This document shows, piece after piece, positions 1 through 8,628 of a stretch of DNA of 42,492 bases (positions within the stretch are counted from its first letter, which is position 1; each line of letters starts with the position of its first letter). The position numbers and the translations under genes were made by a program. The DNA comes from Candidatus Woesearchaeota archaeon. Its GTDB lineage: Archaea > Nanobdellota > Nanobdellia > SCGC-AAA011-G17 > UBA489. Location of the stretch: assembly GCA_018658955.1 (NCBI GenBank), contig JABIPM010000012.1:1-42492 (forward strand), given 5' to 3'. Under the pieces are notes generated by a model. It was not told where the DNA came from, did not search any database, and saw only the letters and a program-made list of their open reading frames with translations.

Positions 1-420
1 AAAGTTCCAATTTTTTGTCCAGCAATAACTGACGGATCAATGGGGTTTCAACTTTACATGTTTCAGCAAGACAATCCAGAGTTCATAGTTGATGTTGTAA
101 AAGATTTCTCAAATATCTTATTTAGTGTATCTCAAGATGATAAAAAAGGAATTATTTCTTTAGGTGGAAGTATCTCAAAACACCATGCAATTTTAGCAGG
201 GGTTTTAAATGGTGGAATGGATTATGCAATTTATATGACGACAGCAAGACCAACTTCCGGAAGTATGAGTGGGGCAACAACCAACGAAGCAAAATCGTGG
301 GGTAAGGTAAAAGATGATTCTGACGTAGTTACAGTAGTTGGAGACGTTACAATTAACTTTCCTTTAATGATGACTGCAGCACTAGAAAAACTCTCTAGGG
401 AGGGATTAATCGATGAGTAG
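1..420 (+). CDS. dys: Deoxyhypusine synthase, 3' part (gene starts before the window)
   Basis: Frame is open from base 1 (KVPIFCPAITDGSMG). DHS motifs LGGSISKHH and GSMSGATTNEAKSWGK (catalytic Lys in WGK). Confidence 0.92.
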   Translation, partial: KVPIFCPAITDGSMGFQLYMFQQDNPEFIVDVVKDFSNILFSVSQDDKKGIISLGGSISKHHAILAGVLNGGMDYAIYMTTARPTSGSMSGATTNEAKSWGKVKDDSDVVTVVGDVTINFPLMMTAALEKLSREGLIDE

Positions 421-1441
421 GGCTAAATTTATCTTAAACAAGAGTAAAGTAATTGAACAGTTAAACAAAACATATGAATTAACAGATATAGTGTCTTATT
501 TTTTGAAAACAAACTATGAAGTTGGAAAAATATTGGAAAAAGAATCTAAGTGTCAATTTAGCGTACATTCTATGAAAGTTGCACACGAAATAGAGTCTCC
601 AGAAAGAATTTGGTTTTTTGCTCAAGCATGGAATAAAGAAGAATTAAAAAATTTACTAAAGAGAGAAATAACCTCATTTGTAGTAGATAATGAAAAAGAT
701 CTACAAGTTTTACTAGAAAACACAACTACCAAAGTAAATCTACTTCTAAGGATGAAATTACAAGAAAATACTGTTCATACAGGAAAACATTTCGTATTTG
801 GATTTTCTTCAAAAAGAGCAAATGAATTAATCGGCGAATTATCCACTCACAGAAAAATAAACAAGATAGGAATTCATTTTCACAGAAAGACGCAGAATGT
901 AAGTGAATGGGGAATAAAAGAAGAATTACAAGACTCATTAACACAAGAAACATTAGATCAAATAAGTTTCGTAAACATTGGGGGAGGACTTCCAAGCATT
1001 TACAAAAATTATAAATTAGAAGCATTAGATTCAATTTTTACAAAAATAAAAGAAGTAAAGGAATGGCTTAATCAAAACGAAGTAAAAATGATTATTGAAC
1101 CAGGAAGATTCATTGCTGCACCTTCAATAAAGTTAGAAACAAGTGTAAAAAATGTTTATAATGGAAATGTTATCGTTAATGCATCAGTATATAATTCTGC
1201 AATGGATACATTCATAGCAAATATCCGATTAAATGTAGCAGGAGAAACGACAGCAGAAGAAGGAAGACCATTCACAATTAAAGGAATAACTCCAGATTCC
1301 TTAGATATTTTTAGATATAGGGTATTTTTATCAAAAAAACCAAAGATTGGGGATCAGATAATCTTCCTAAATGCCGGAGCCTATAACTTTTCAACAGATT
1401 TTTGTAAATTGCCTAAAATACCTACAGAGGTAGTAGAATGA
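413..1441 (+). CDS. Alanine-racemase-fold PLP-dependent Orn/Arg/Lys/DAP decarboxylase
   Basis: YxxKTN PLP lysine, HFH, NIGGG, EPGRF and FLNAGAY motifs; lies between DHS and agmatinase. Confidence 0.85.
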   Translation: MSRAKFILNKSKVIEQLNKTYELTDIVSYFLKTNYEVGKILEKESKCQFSVHSMKVAHEIESPERIWFFAQAWNKEELKNLLKREITSFVVDNEKDLQVLLENTTTKVNLLLRMKLQENTVHTGKHFVFGFSSKRANELIGELSTHRKINKIGIHFHRKTQNVSEWGIKEELQDSLTQETLDQISFVNIGGGLPSIYKNYKLEALDSIFTKIKEVKEWLNQNEVKMIIEPGRFIAAPSIKLETSVKNVYNGNVIVNASVYNSAMDTFIANIRLNVAGETTAEEGRPFTIKGITPDSLDIFRYRVFLSKKPKIGDQIIFLNAGAYNFSTDFCKLPKIPTEVVE

Positions 1442-2277
1442 ATTGGATGGATCTTCCAGAAGAATATACTAAAGAAAATTCTTATTTCAAAATTCTTCCA
1501 ATCTCATATGAACAAGCAACAACCTATGGGGATGGAGCTTCAAAAGGGCCAGAAGAAATAATTAAAGCATCTAAACACTTAGAATATTACGAAGATCAAT
1601 TCAATAATGAACCTTTCACAAAAGGAATACACATATTACCTGAATTAAAATTAAATTCAACACCAGAAGACATGGTTAAACAAGTATCAGAAACTGTTTC
1701 AAATCAAAAAGGATTTTTAGTTTCATTGGGTGGGGATCATGCAATAACCATTGGAACAGTTAAGGGTTTAGAAGAAGATTTTTCAGTAATAGTATTTGAT
1801 GCACATTCAGATTTTAGAAATGAATGGAACGGTTCAAAATTAAACCATGCATGCGTATCAAAACAAATTTCAAAAAACCATGATTTAGCATTAATTGGAA
1901 TTCGTTCTCAAGATATAGAAGAACATAATGAAATAACTAATAATTCCAACATCCACCAACTAAAATCATATGATTTTTCAGTTGAAAAATTAAAAGAACT
2001 GCTCCCTAAATTAAAAGAAAAAGTTTACATTTCAATAGATGTTGACGTATTTGATCCTCCATTTTTAAAAAATACTGGAACTCCTGAACCAGGAGGATTG
2101 CAATGGGACCAAATAATTAATTCATTAGAAGAAATATTCAAACAAAAAGAGGTAATTGGGGCAGATATAGTAGAATTTGCACCAAAAGAAAACTTCAGAA
2201 CAGAAGCATATTCTTTAGCAAGATTAGTTTACAAAATATTTTCACTCAAACTCAAAAATATCCTTAATAGGTCTTAA
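1438..2277 (+). CDS. speB: Agmatinase (ureohydrolase family)
   Basis: GGDH, DAHSD, SIDVDVFDP, GTPEPGG and DIVE motifs; ATGA overlap with the upstream gene. Confidence 0.9.
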   Translation: MNWMDLPEEYTKENSYFKILPISYEQATTYGDGASKGPEEIIKASKHLEYYEDQFNNEPFTKGIHILPELKLNSTPEDMVKQVSETVSNQKGFLVSLGGDHAITIGTVKGLEEDFSVIVFDAHSDFRNEWNGSKLNHACVSKQISKNHDLALIGIRSQDIEEHNEITNNSNIHQLKSYDFSVEKLKELLPKLKEKVYISIDVDVFDPPFLKNTGTPEPGGLQWDQIINSLEEIFKQKEVIGADIVEFAPKENFRTEAYSLARLVYKIFSLKLKNILNRS

Positions 2278-2697
2278 AATTTTATTATTTGCAGTAGTTA
2301 GATATTTTCCTTCTTTTAACAACCATAATCTACTACCAATTAAACTTTCAAGAGTCTCGAGATTCTCCATAGTACGATAATTCGTAGATTCATCCCTCAT
2401 AAATTCTTCGATAGAGATGCCATATCTTCCATTAATTAATTGAAATATATCTTCTTGAAAATCTTTAGTAAAATCTATTTCTTTAGGAATAAACCCAATA
2501 ACATTATACCATTTTTCTTCATAATTTCTCCCATTATGAAATCTTCTCCAGTGGTTATGGTATTTAGAGGGGTTAAATCTGTTTGCACCCAATTTTAATG
2601 GGATTTTAAATGCCCCATATTCATCTGGAGATTCACAATACTCCATATAGTATTTTTCATCCTTATCTGTAATTAATCCATATCTCTTAAAACTCAT
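2242..2697 (-). CDS. Hypothetical protein (151 aa)
   Basis: ORF in otherwise free space, divergent from the ThiS-like gene; no recognised motif. Confidence 0.6.
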   Translation of the reverse strand: MSFKRYGLITDKDEKYYMEYCESPDEYGAFKIPLKLGANRFNPSKYHNHWRRFHNGRNYEEKWYNVIGFIPKEIDFTKDFQEDIFQLINGRYGISIEEFMRDESTNYRTMENLETLESLIGSRLWLLKEGKYLTTANNKILRPIKDIFEFE

Positions 2698-2758
2698 TTA
2701 AACTACCAATTAAAATATAATCCATAAGCTTATAATATTATTTAGAGACTTCAAAATA

Positions 2759-2968
2759 ATGGTTAAAATCAATGTTTACATAGAACGAGACGATGTAACA
2801 AAACAGGTAGAGATTTCTAAAAAAACAACAATCAAAGATATTCTAATTCAATTAAACATAAATCCAGTTACAGTAATTGTAACTAAAAACGATGAATTGT
2901 GTGATGAATCAGAAGAAATTAACTCAAAAGATAAACTAAAGATTATTTCAGTAGTTTCTGGCGGATAA
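2759..2968 (+). CDS. ThiS/MoaD/SAMP-family ubiquitin-like sulfur carrier
   Basis: 69 aa, C-terminal VVSGG, directly upstream of the TtuA/Ncs6 gene. Confidence 0.88.
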   Translation: MVKINVYIERDDVTKQVEISKKTTIKDILIQLNINPVTVIVTKNDELCDESEEINSKDKLKIISVVSGG

Positions 2969-2969
2969 A

Positions 2970-3869
2970 ATGAAAAAAATAATTTACAGCGATCAAAGTG
3001 GAAAAAGTTATACTAAATCCGAATTTATTAGATATTTTGAAGCAAAGGTTTTCAGAACTATTAGAAAGTACGGCATGTTTGATAAAGGCGATAAAATAGT
3101 TGTTGCAATGTCTGGAGGTAAAGATTCGGTAGCAACAGCACATATTCTAAATCAAATAATTTCGAAAAGAGGAGAACAATTAGAGGCATTATTAATTGAT
3201 GAAGGAATACCTGGTTACAGAGACATTACAATAAAAGATGCCAAAAAATTCTGTAAAGATGAAGGGATTAAATTAACAATTGCAAGTCCAAAAAAAGAAT
3301 TTAAATTTACTTTAACTCAAGCATTAAACAAATTATCAAAAAACCCTTGTAATATGTGCGGAACACTTAGAAGATACCTTCTAAATTTATATGCTAAAAA
3401 ACTAAATGCGACGAAAGTAGCAACAGGCCATAACTTAGATGACGAAGCACAAACAGTTCTAATGAATCAATACAAGGGAAATGTTCAACTTTCTGCTAAA
3501 TTGGGGCCAGTAACGGGGGTAACTGAACATAAAAAATTCATAAGAAGAATTAAACCGCTGTATTTTATGACTGAAAAAGAAGTTGCAATTTACACAACTC
3601 TAAAGGGATTTCAAGTAATTTATACTGAATGCCCAAAAGCAAGAGACTCATTTAGATCAACAGTGAGGGATCAAATTAATGATTTAGAAAATAACTATCC
3701 AGGCATAAAAAATGGCATAATCAACTCATTTCTAGAAATGTTACCCAGATTAAGAAAAGAATTGGCTCCCAAAAGCAAGATTAGAGAATGTGAATCCTGC
3801 CAAGAACCTGCAGCTAAGAAAATATGCAGCATGTGTGAATTATTAGGCGAATATAGGCAAGCCAAATAG
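2970..3869 (+). CDS. TtuA/Ncs6 (TIGR00269-like) tRNA 2-thiolation enzyme
   Basis: PP-loop SGGKDS, CxxC (CNMC), ATGHNLDD, ECP and a C-terminal CxxC..CxxC Zn finger. Confidence 0.88.
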   Translation: MKKIIYSDQSGKSYTKSEFIRYFEAKVFRTIRKYGMFDKGDKIVVAMSGGKDSVATAHILNQIISKRGEQLEALLIDEGIPGYRDITIKDAKKFCKDEGIKLTIASPKKEFKFTLTQALNKLSKNPCNMCGTLRRYLLNLYAKKLNATKVATGHNLDDEAQTVLMNQYKGNVQLSAKLGPVTGVTEHKKFIRRIKPLYFMTEKEVAIYTTLKGFQVIYTECPKARDSFRSTVRDQINDLENNYPGIKNGIINSFLEMLPRLRKELAPKSKIRECESCQEPAAKKICSMCELLGEYRQAK

Positions 3870-3912
3870 GTAATAATAACCTTTAAAACCTATTAAAATT
3901 CAAAATTTCACC

Positions 3913-4287
3913 ATGAAATTAGAAAATTTATTAGATAGAAAAGCCGAATTATCTAAATATTATGAATTAGGGTTAAAATTTGAAGACCATGAAAGAGGGC
4001 CAATAAATTCTCTTATTAAAGATTTTAACAAATCAATCAAAGAAGAAATAAACATAATTACTCTGTATGAACAAACAGTGAACGATAATCAAGAATTAAT
4101 TTCATTATTAGAAAGACAACATGAAACATTAAGAGATTTAGATGATATTTCCGAAAACCTAGGATATATTCATAGCAAAGAAAGGAATATTGAAAATAGA
4201 TTAAGAAAAGTGTTATGTCCAAAATCAGATACACATAGATTAATGTTTGATTTCTATGACAAATTAAGTAAAAAATATGGGAATTAA
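3913..4287 (+). CDS. Hypothetical helical protein (124 aa)
   Basis: ORF preceded by a TATA-like TTTAAAA; no recognised motif. Confidence 0.6.
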   Translation: MKLENLLDRKAELSKYYELGLKFEDHERGPINSLIKDFNKSIKEEINIITLYEQTVNDNQELISLLERQHETLRDLDDISENLGYIHSKERNIENRLRKVLCPKSDTHRLMFDFYDKLSKKYGN

Positions 4288-4783
4288 CATGGATGATTAT
4301 TACAACGAAATTGCGTTAACTTATAATGAACTTCATGGTGAAGAACAAAAGAAAAAAGCAAACATAATTCTAAAAGAACTGTTAAAACAAAAGAAATCAG
4401 GAAGGCTATTAGATATTGGTGGAGGAACAGGAATTGCAACAGAGTTATTCATTGAGCACTATGATTGTATTCTTATTGATCCTTCAGAAAGACTTCTTGA
4501 TGTGGGTTCATATAAAATGGAAAAAATACTTGCAGAAGCAGAACAATTACCCTTTGCAGAAAGTAAATTTGACATTATAATTTCATTAACTGCGTTACAC
4601 CACACAGAATTAGAAAAAGCACTGTCTGAATTAAAGAGAGTTGCAAAATCAGATGCATTAGTTGCAATTTCTTTTCTAAAGAAATCAGTAAAGCTAGAAA
4701 AATTTAGAGAATTATTCAAGAAAGATTTCCCGAAAACAAGAGAAATCGAAGAAGACAAAGATATTCTGTTCTTTAATTTCTAA
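4277..4783 (+). CDS. Class I SAM-dependent methyltransferase (true start possibly 4289)
   Basis: LLDIGGGTG motif I and AEQLPF..FD..S..ALHH. Confidence 0.85.
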   Translation: MGINMDDYYNEIALTYNELHGEEQKKKANIILKELLKQKKSGRLLDIGGGTGIATELFIEHYDCILIDPSERLLDVGSYKMEKILAEAEQLPFAESKFDIIISLTALHHTELEKALSELKRVAKSDALVAISFLKKSVKLEKFRELFKKDFPKTREIEEDKDILFFNF

Positions 4784-4828
4784 AAACCTTTATATAGTAA
4801 AATTAATTAAGAACATACATTAGGGTGA

Positions 4829-4924
4829 TTAGTCGGCATCTTCTAAGCAGCCTTCATCACTAATTTCAGATGAATCTCCTTTGAAATTCCTTAACCATCT
4901 AGACACAATGTTTTCATTTGGCAT
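4829..4924 (-). CDS. Possible 31-aa small protein MPNENIVSRWLRNFKGDSSEISDEGCLEDAD (below the ORF-track cutoff)
   Basis: Translated by hand; a TATA-like TTTTAAGT lies about 30 nt upstream on the minus strand. Confidence 0.4.
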   Translation of the reverse strand: MPNENIVSRWLRNFKGDSSEISDEGCLEDAD

Positions 4925-4925
4925 A

Positions 4926-4975
4926 CGGAAACTTTCCGGATTAGAATACTTAAAAGTATGCAATATACAGTATAT
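4926..4975. promoter_or_regulatory. Bidirectional TATA-like element with flanking palindromes
   Basis: CGGAAA-C-TTTCCG (4926-4938), ATACTTAAAAGTAT (4946-4959), ATATAC-A-GTATAT (4963-4975). Confidence 0.45.
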
Positions 4976-4980
4976 ACAAC

Positions 4981-6765
4981 ATGAAAAGATACAAACGAGA
5001 AGAAATTGATTTTAAATACAACCTAGGGATTTACTGGAGTATTTTGAAAAAGCATAAGCCGGTTATGTTTATTTTACTACTTCTAGTTCTATTCGTTGAA
5101 GCTAGTCACACTCTAACAAAATTTCTTTTCAAAGTATTAGTAGATAAGGGTGAATTATTAGTCAAATCAGAAATAACTAAAGACTATTTTGTTGGCATAC
5201 TTTTGATATTATTAAGTGTGTATTTGCTTTTAGTATTTTTAAGATCCATTTCTAATTGGTGGGACCATTATTTGTTAGCAAAATTGGATGGAGAATTAAT
5301 TTATGACATTAAAGAGAAATATTTTAACCACCTAGTAAATCTTTCACATAATTTTCATACTTCTAACAAAACAGGGTCAATAATTGCGAGATTAACTCGT
5401 GGAGGTAGGGCAATTGAATCTATGACTGACATAATTGTGTTTAATTTTTCTCCACTAATTTTTCAAACCTTGGTAGTTGGAGGTTCATTATTTTATATCG
5501 GTTGGATCCCTGCAGTTTCAGCAATGTCCACCATAGTTCTCTTCATAGGATTCAGCCTATATCTTCAATCTAAAACAAAAGACAAAAAGATGAATGCAAA
5601 TAATCAAGATGATTTTGAAAAAGGAATTATCGCAGACATTTTCACAAATATTGATTCTATTAAGTATTTTGGAAAAGAAAAAGCAATTATGAAGAAGTTT
5701 GCTAAAATTTCCAAAGATACAAAAACAAGACTAATTCTTCACTGGAATAGTTATAACTGGTTATCTGCCGGGCAAAGTTTTATTTTAGGATTGGGATCAC
5801 TAATCACAGTATTCTTCCCAATGGTTGAATTTGCAAATGGAAACCTCTCTTTGGGGCAGATTGTGTTTGTTTGGACAATTTATGGAAATTTGATAGGTCC
5901 TATGTTCTCTTTTGTACATGGAATCAAAGGGTACTACAAAATTATGGGGGATTTTGAATCATTGTTTAGATATGGTAAAGAAGAAAATGAAATCAAAGAA
6001 CCATCAAATGCTAAAAAATTAAAAATTAAAAAAGGAACAATAAACTTTGAAGATTTATCATTTAAATATCATAAAAGAAGAATATTCTCAAATTTCAATC
6101 TAGAAATAAAGAAAAATGAAAAAGTTGCATTTGTAGGTCATTCTGGATGTGGTAAGTCAACACTAATTAAATTACTTTACCGACTACATAATCTAGAAAG
6201 AGGAAGAATACTAATCGATAATAAAGATATCAGAGAGTTCAAACAAGATTCATTAAGATCGGAACTAAGCATTGTCCCTCAAGAATGTGTGTTGTTTGAT
6301 GATACTATTTACAACAACATTAAATTTTCAAATCCAAAAGCAACTAATCAAGAAGTTTGGAAAGCAATTAGATTCGCACAATTACACAAAGTAATTCAAA
6401 GTTTCCCAGAAAAAGAAAAAACTGTAGTGGGGGAGCGCGGAGTTAAATTATCTGGCGGAGAAAAACAAAGAGTTTCGATAGCAAGAGCAGTTTTAGCAAA
6501 TAAGAAAATTTTAGTTTTAGATGAAGCAACGTCTGCATTAGATTCAGAAACCGAACATGAAATTCAAAAAGATCTTGAAAAGTTAATGAAGGGGAGAACT
6601 AGCATAATAATCGCCCATAGATTATCAACAATTATGCATTCAGATAAGATTGTTGTAATGAAAAAAGGAAAGATAGTTCAAATGGGTACGCACAGACAGT
6701 TAATTAAAAAACCAGGGGAATACAAGAAACTTTGGAACCTTCAAAAAGGTGGATATATTAAATAA
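4981..6765 (+). CDS. ABC exporter, fused permease and ATPase (MsbA/Atm1-like)
   Basis: N-terminal TM helices; GHSGCGKS, LSGGEKQR, LVLDEATSALD and IAHRL motifs. Confidence 0.95.
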   Translation: MKRYKREEIDFKYNLGIYWSILKKHKPVMFILLLLVLFVEASHTLTKFLFKVLVDKGELLVKSEITKDYFVGILLILLSVYLLLVFLRSISNWWDHYLLAKLDGELIYDIKEKYFNHLVNLSHNFHTSNKTGSIIARLTRGGRAIESMTDIIVFNFSPLIFQTLVVGGSLFYIGWIPAVSAMSTIVLFIGFSLYLQSKTKDKKMNANNQDDFEKGIIADIFTNIDSIKYFGKEKAIMKKFAKISKDTKTRLILHWNSYNWLSAGQSFILGLGSLITVFFPMVEFANGNLSLGQIVFVWTIYGNLIGPMFSFVHGIKGYYKIMGDFESLFRYGKEENEIKEPSNAKKLKIKKGTINFEDLSFKYHKRRIFSNFNLEIKKNEKVAFVGHSGCGKSTLIKLLYRLHNLERGRILIDNKDIREFKQDSLRSELSIVPQECVLFDDTIYNNIKFSNPKATNQEVWKAIRFAQLHKVIQSFPEKEKTVVGERGVKLSGGEKQRVSIARAVLANKKILVLDEATSALDSETEHEIQKDLEKLMKGRTSIIIAHRLSTIMHSDKIVVMKKGKIVQMGTHRQLIKKPGEYKKLWNLQKGGYIK

Positions 6766-6797
6766 ATATTTAAAAACAAACAAAATAAAAAAATAAT

Positions 6798-7655
6798 ATG
6801 GGAATTTTTGATAAAGTTTTTAAATTATTTGAAAAGCACGAAGGCCATAAAGAACTTATAGAAACTTTTTCCGAATTAAATTCTATTGCATCTACCTTGA
6901 AGGAAGAATTAAAATCATTAATAGAGATGCAAAAAACAATAGTAAAATCCAGAATGGCTCGTGCAGAAAATGGACAACTTGTGGGCCCTACTGGCAACAT
7001 AGGATTGCAAAAAACATTGCTGATCAATGAAGAAGGTTCATTAAAACAGTATGATTTAATGACTAGATTAGGAGTATTAGAATCTGCTGCAGAAAAAAGT
7101 TTTGAAAAATCATTAGGAGAAAATGTTCAAACAGGCCCAATAACCCTTATAGATAAATGGGTGTTAAATGAAACTAAAATATTTTTACACAACATCAAAA
7201 AATTAATTCCTTCAATAGATGAATTGAGAAAAGAAACCAATGAACGAGAAAAATTAGCAAAAGTAGAATCTGTTCTTATAGAAATTGTAAAAATTTCTAA
7301 GGATTATCATAAAATAGTAGAAAGAGAAATAGATTTGATAAAAAGTATTGAGGAACATACTATTAGTCCATTATTAAAAAGAATTTTTTCTGCACCTCTA
7401 ACGAAAATCAATGGTGAAGAAATACGTTTATTCAAAATTACTCATAAAGAATTGGACTCATTAAATGAAGAGTCTGTAAAGATAAATCAATGTGAGGATC
7501 CAAATTATAGTGTAGAATGGAGAAGGTGGCATAGGGACGAAAGAGTCCTTGAAGTAGATAAAAAAACAACAATGGGAGATACACCCCACATAAATGTTAC
7601 AATTGGACTATTTGGTCAAAAGAAAAAGAACATCCATTTGGAGATGGTTGCCTAA
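6798..7655 (+). CDS. Hypothetical protein: helical/coiled-coil N-terminus, His-containing C-terminal domain
   Basis: 285-aa ORF ending WH..PHINV..NIH. Confidence 0.65.
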   Translation: MGIFDKVFKLFEKHEGHKELIETFSELNSIASTLKEELKSLIEMQKTIVKSRMARAENGQLVGPTGNIGLQKTLLINEEGSLKQYDLMTRLGVLESAAEKSFEKSLGENVQTGPITLIDKWVLNETKIFLHNIKKLIPSIDELRKETNEREKLAKVESVLIEIVKISKDYHKIVEREIDLIKSIEEHTISPLLKRIFSAPLTKINGEEIRLFKITHKELDSLNEESVKINQCEDPNYSVEWRRWHRDERVLEVDKKTTMGDTPHINVTIGLFGQKKKNIHLEMVA

Positions 7656-8560
7656 ACTTTTCCAACATAACTTAAAATTTTAGATTCTGCAACAGGCACA
7701 ATGTATTTCCCCAAAGATTCAATAATTTTTTCAAATCCATTAAAGCAACTAGGGTGCTCGGTTCTCAATGAAGAGTCAGATATTCCTTCAGGAATATAAA
7801 TCAAATCCCTTAAAGAATTTGCATCTTCTAAAGAAACTTTTCCTTCCCCTCTTGGTTTAGATCTACCCGTAGCATGAGGCATAGAAGAGTAAGGCGGTAA
7901 ATTTTCTCCGTCTACAGTATAAAATAAAACTTCTTGACCAATACAAGCAGGTAAAAATTGTAATTTATTTGGTTCAACCTTAACTACGCCCTTCCTATAA
8001 ATGATATTTCCATTTTTTTCTGAAGTTTCAACACTATTGTGGGTCCAATTTCCCACAAGTTCTGAATTTGCACCAATGATTTCTGCTAAAGTATGTCCTA
8101 AATCTTCACGAAAAGTTTCTGCAGATTTTTGTTTAGTAATCGCATCTTCAACATTTGTAGGGATGCTGGGATCATATGATTTTCCATCAGAATGAACAAT
8201 TAACAAATTGCTATTGTGTCCAAATGAAACTTCTTGGTAAGGATTTTTCATTTCTGAAACAATATCAATGAAATGATTTCCTCTCCCTAGTATATTTTTA
8301 TTTTTGAGATGGGTGTATATTTTATCTGTTGCTTCTTTGACATCGACCCCATTAATTAGAAAAGCAGCAATACCACAACCAACGTCATTACTCAGGATAT
8401 TAGAATTATATTCATGGTTTTCACCATTAAATGACCAAACTGTACTATTTGGAATACTATTTCTTTTTACTTCTCCGTCTGGAAACCTTACAAGTTCCTC
8501 TAATCCTTCAAAATTAGTAGGATAATAGTGACTAGTTTCAAAACTTTTAATTTTTACCAT
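7652..8560 (-). CDS. Short, divergent RtcB-family RNA ligase-like protein
   Basis: NDVGCG, GNHF, VHS, THN, RKG, HATGR and terminal GK occur in RtcB order. Confidence 0.8.
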   Translation of the reverse strand: MVKIKSFETSHYYPTNFEGLEELVRFPDGEVKRNSIPNSTVWSFNGENHEYNSNILSNDVGCGIAAFLINGVDVKEATDKIYTHLKNKNILGRGNHFIDIVSEMKNPYQEVSFGHNSNLLIVHSDGKSYDPSIPTNVEDAITKQKSAETFREDLGHTLAEIIGANSELVGNWTHNSVETSEKNGNIIYRKGVVKVEPNKLQFLPACIGQEVLFYTVDGENLPPYSSMPHATGRSKPRGEGKVSLEDANSLRDLIYIPEGISDSSLRTEHPSCFNGFEKIIESLGKYIVPVAESKILSYVGKV

Positions 8561-8628
8561 CAGATATCTAATAAATCCAATTTCATTTATAAATCTTTCT
8601 ATTAGTTACTACCGTCCAGTAACAAGAA

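Noticed and set aside
4800..4900. Possible fluoride or other known riboswitch upstream of the ABC exporter
   Set aside because: I could not match the conserved consensus of any riboswitch; kept only as an unclassified hairpin.
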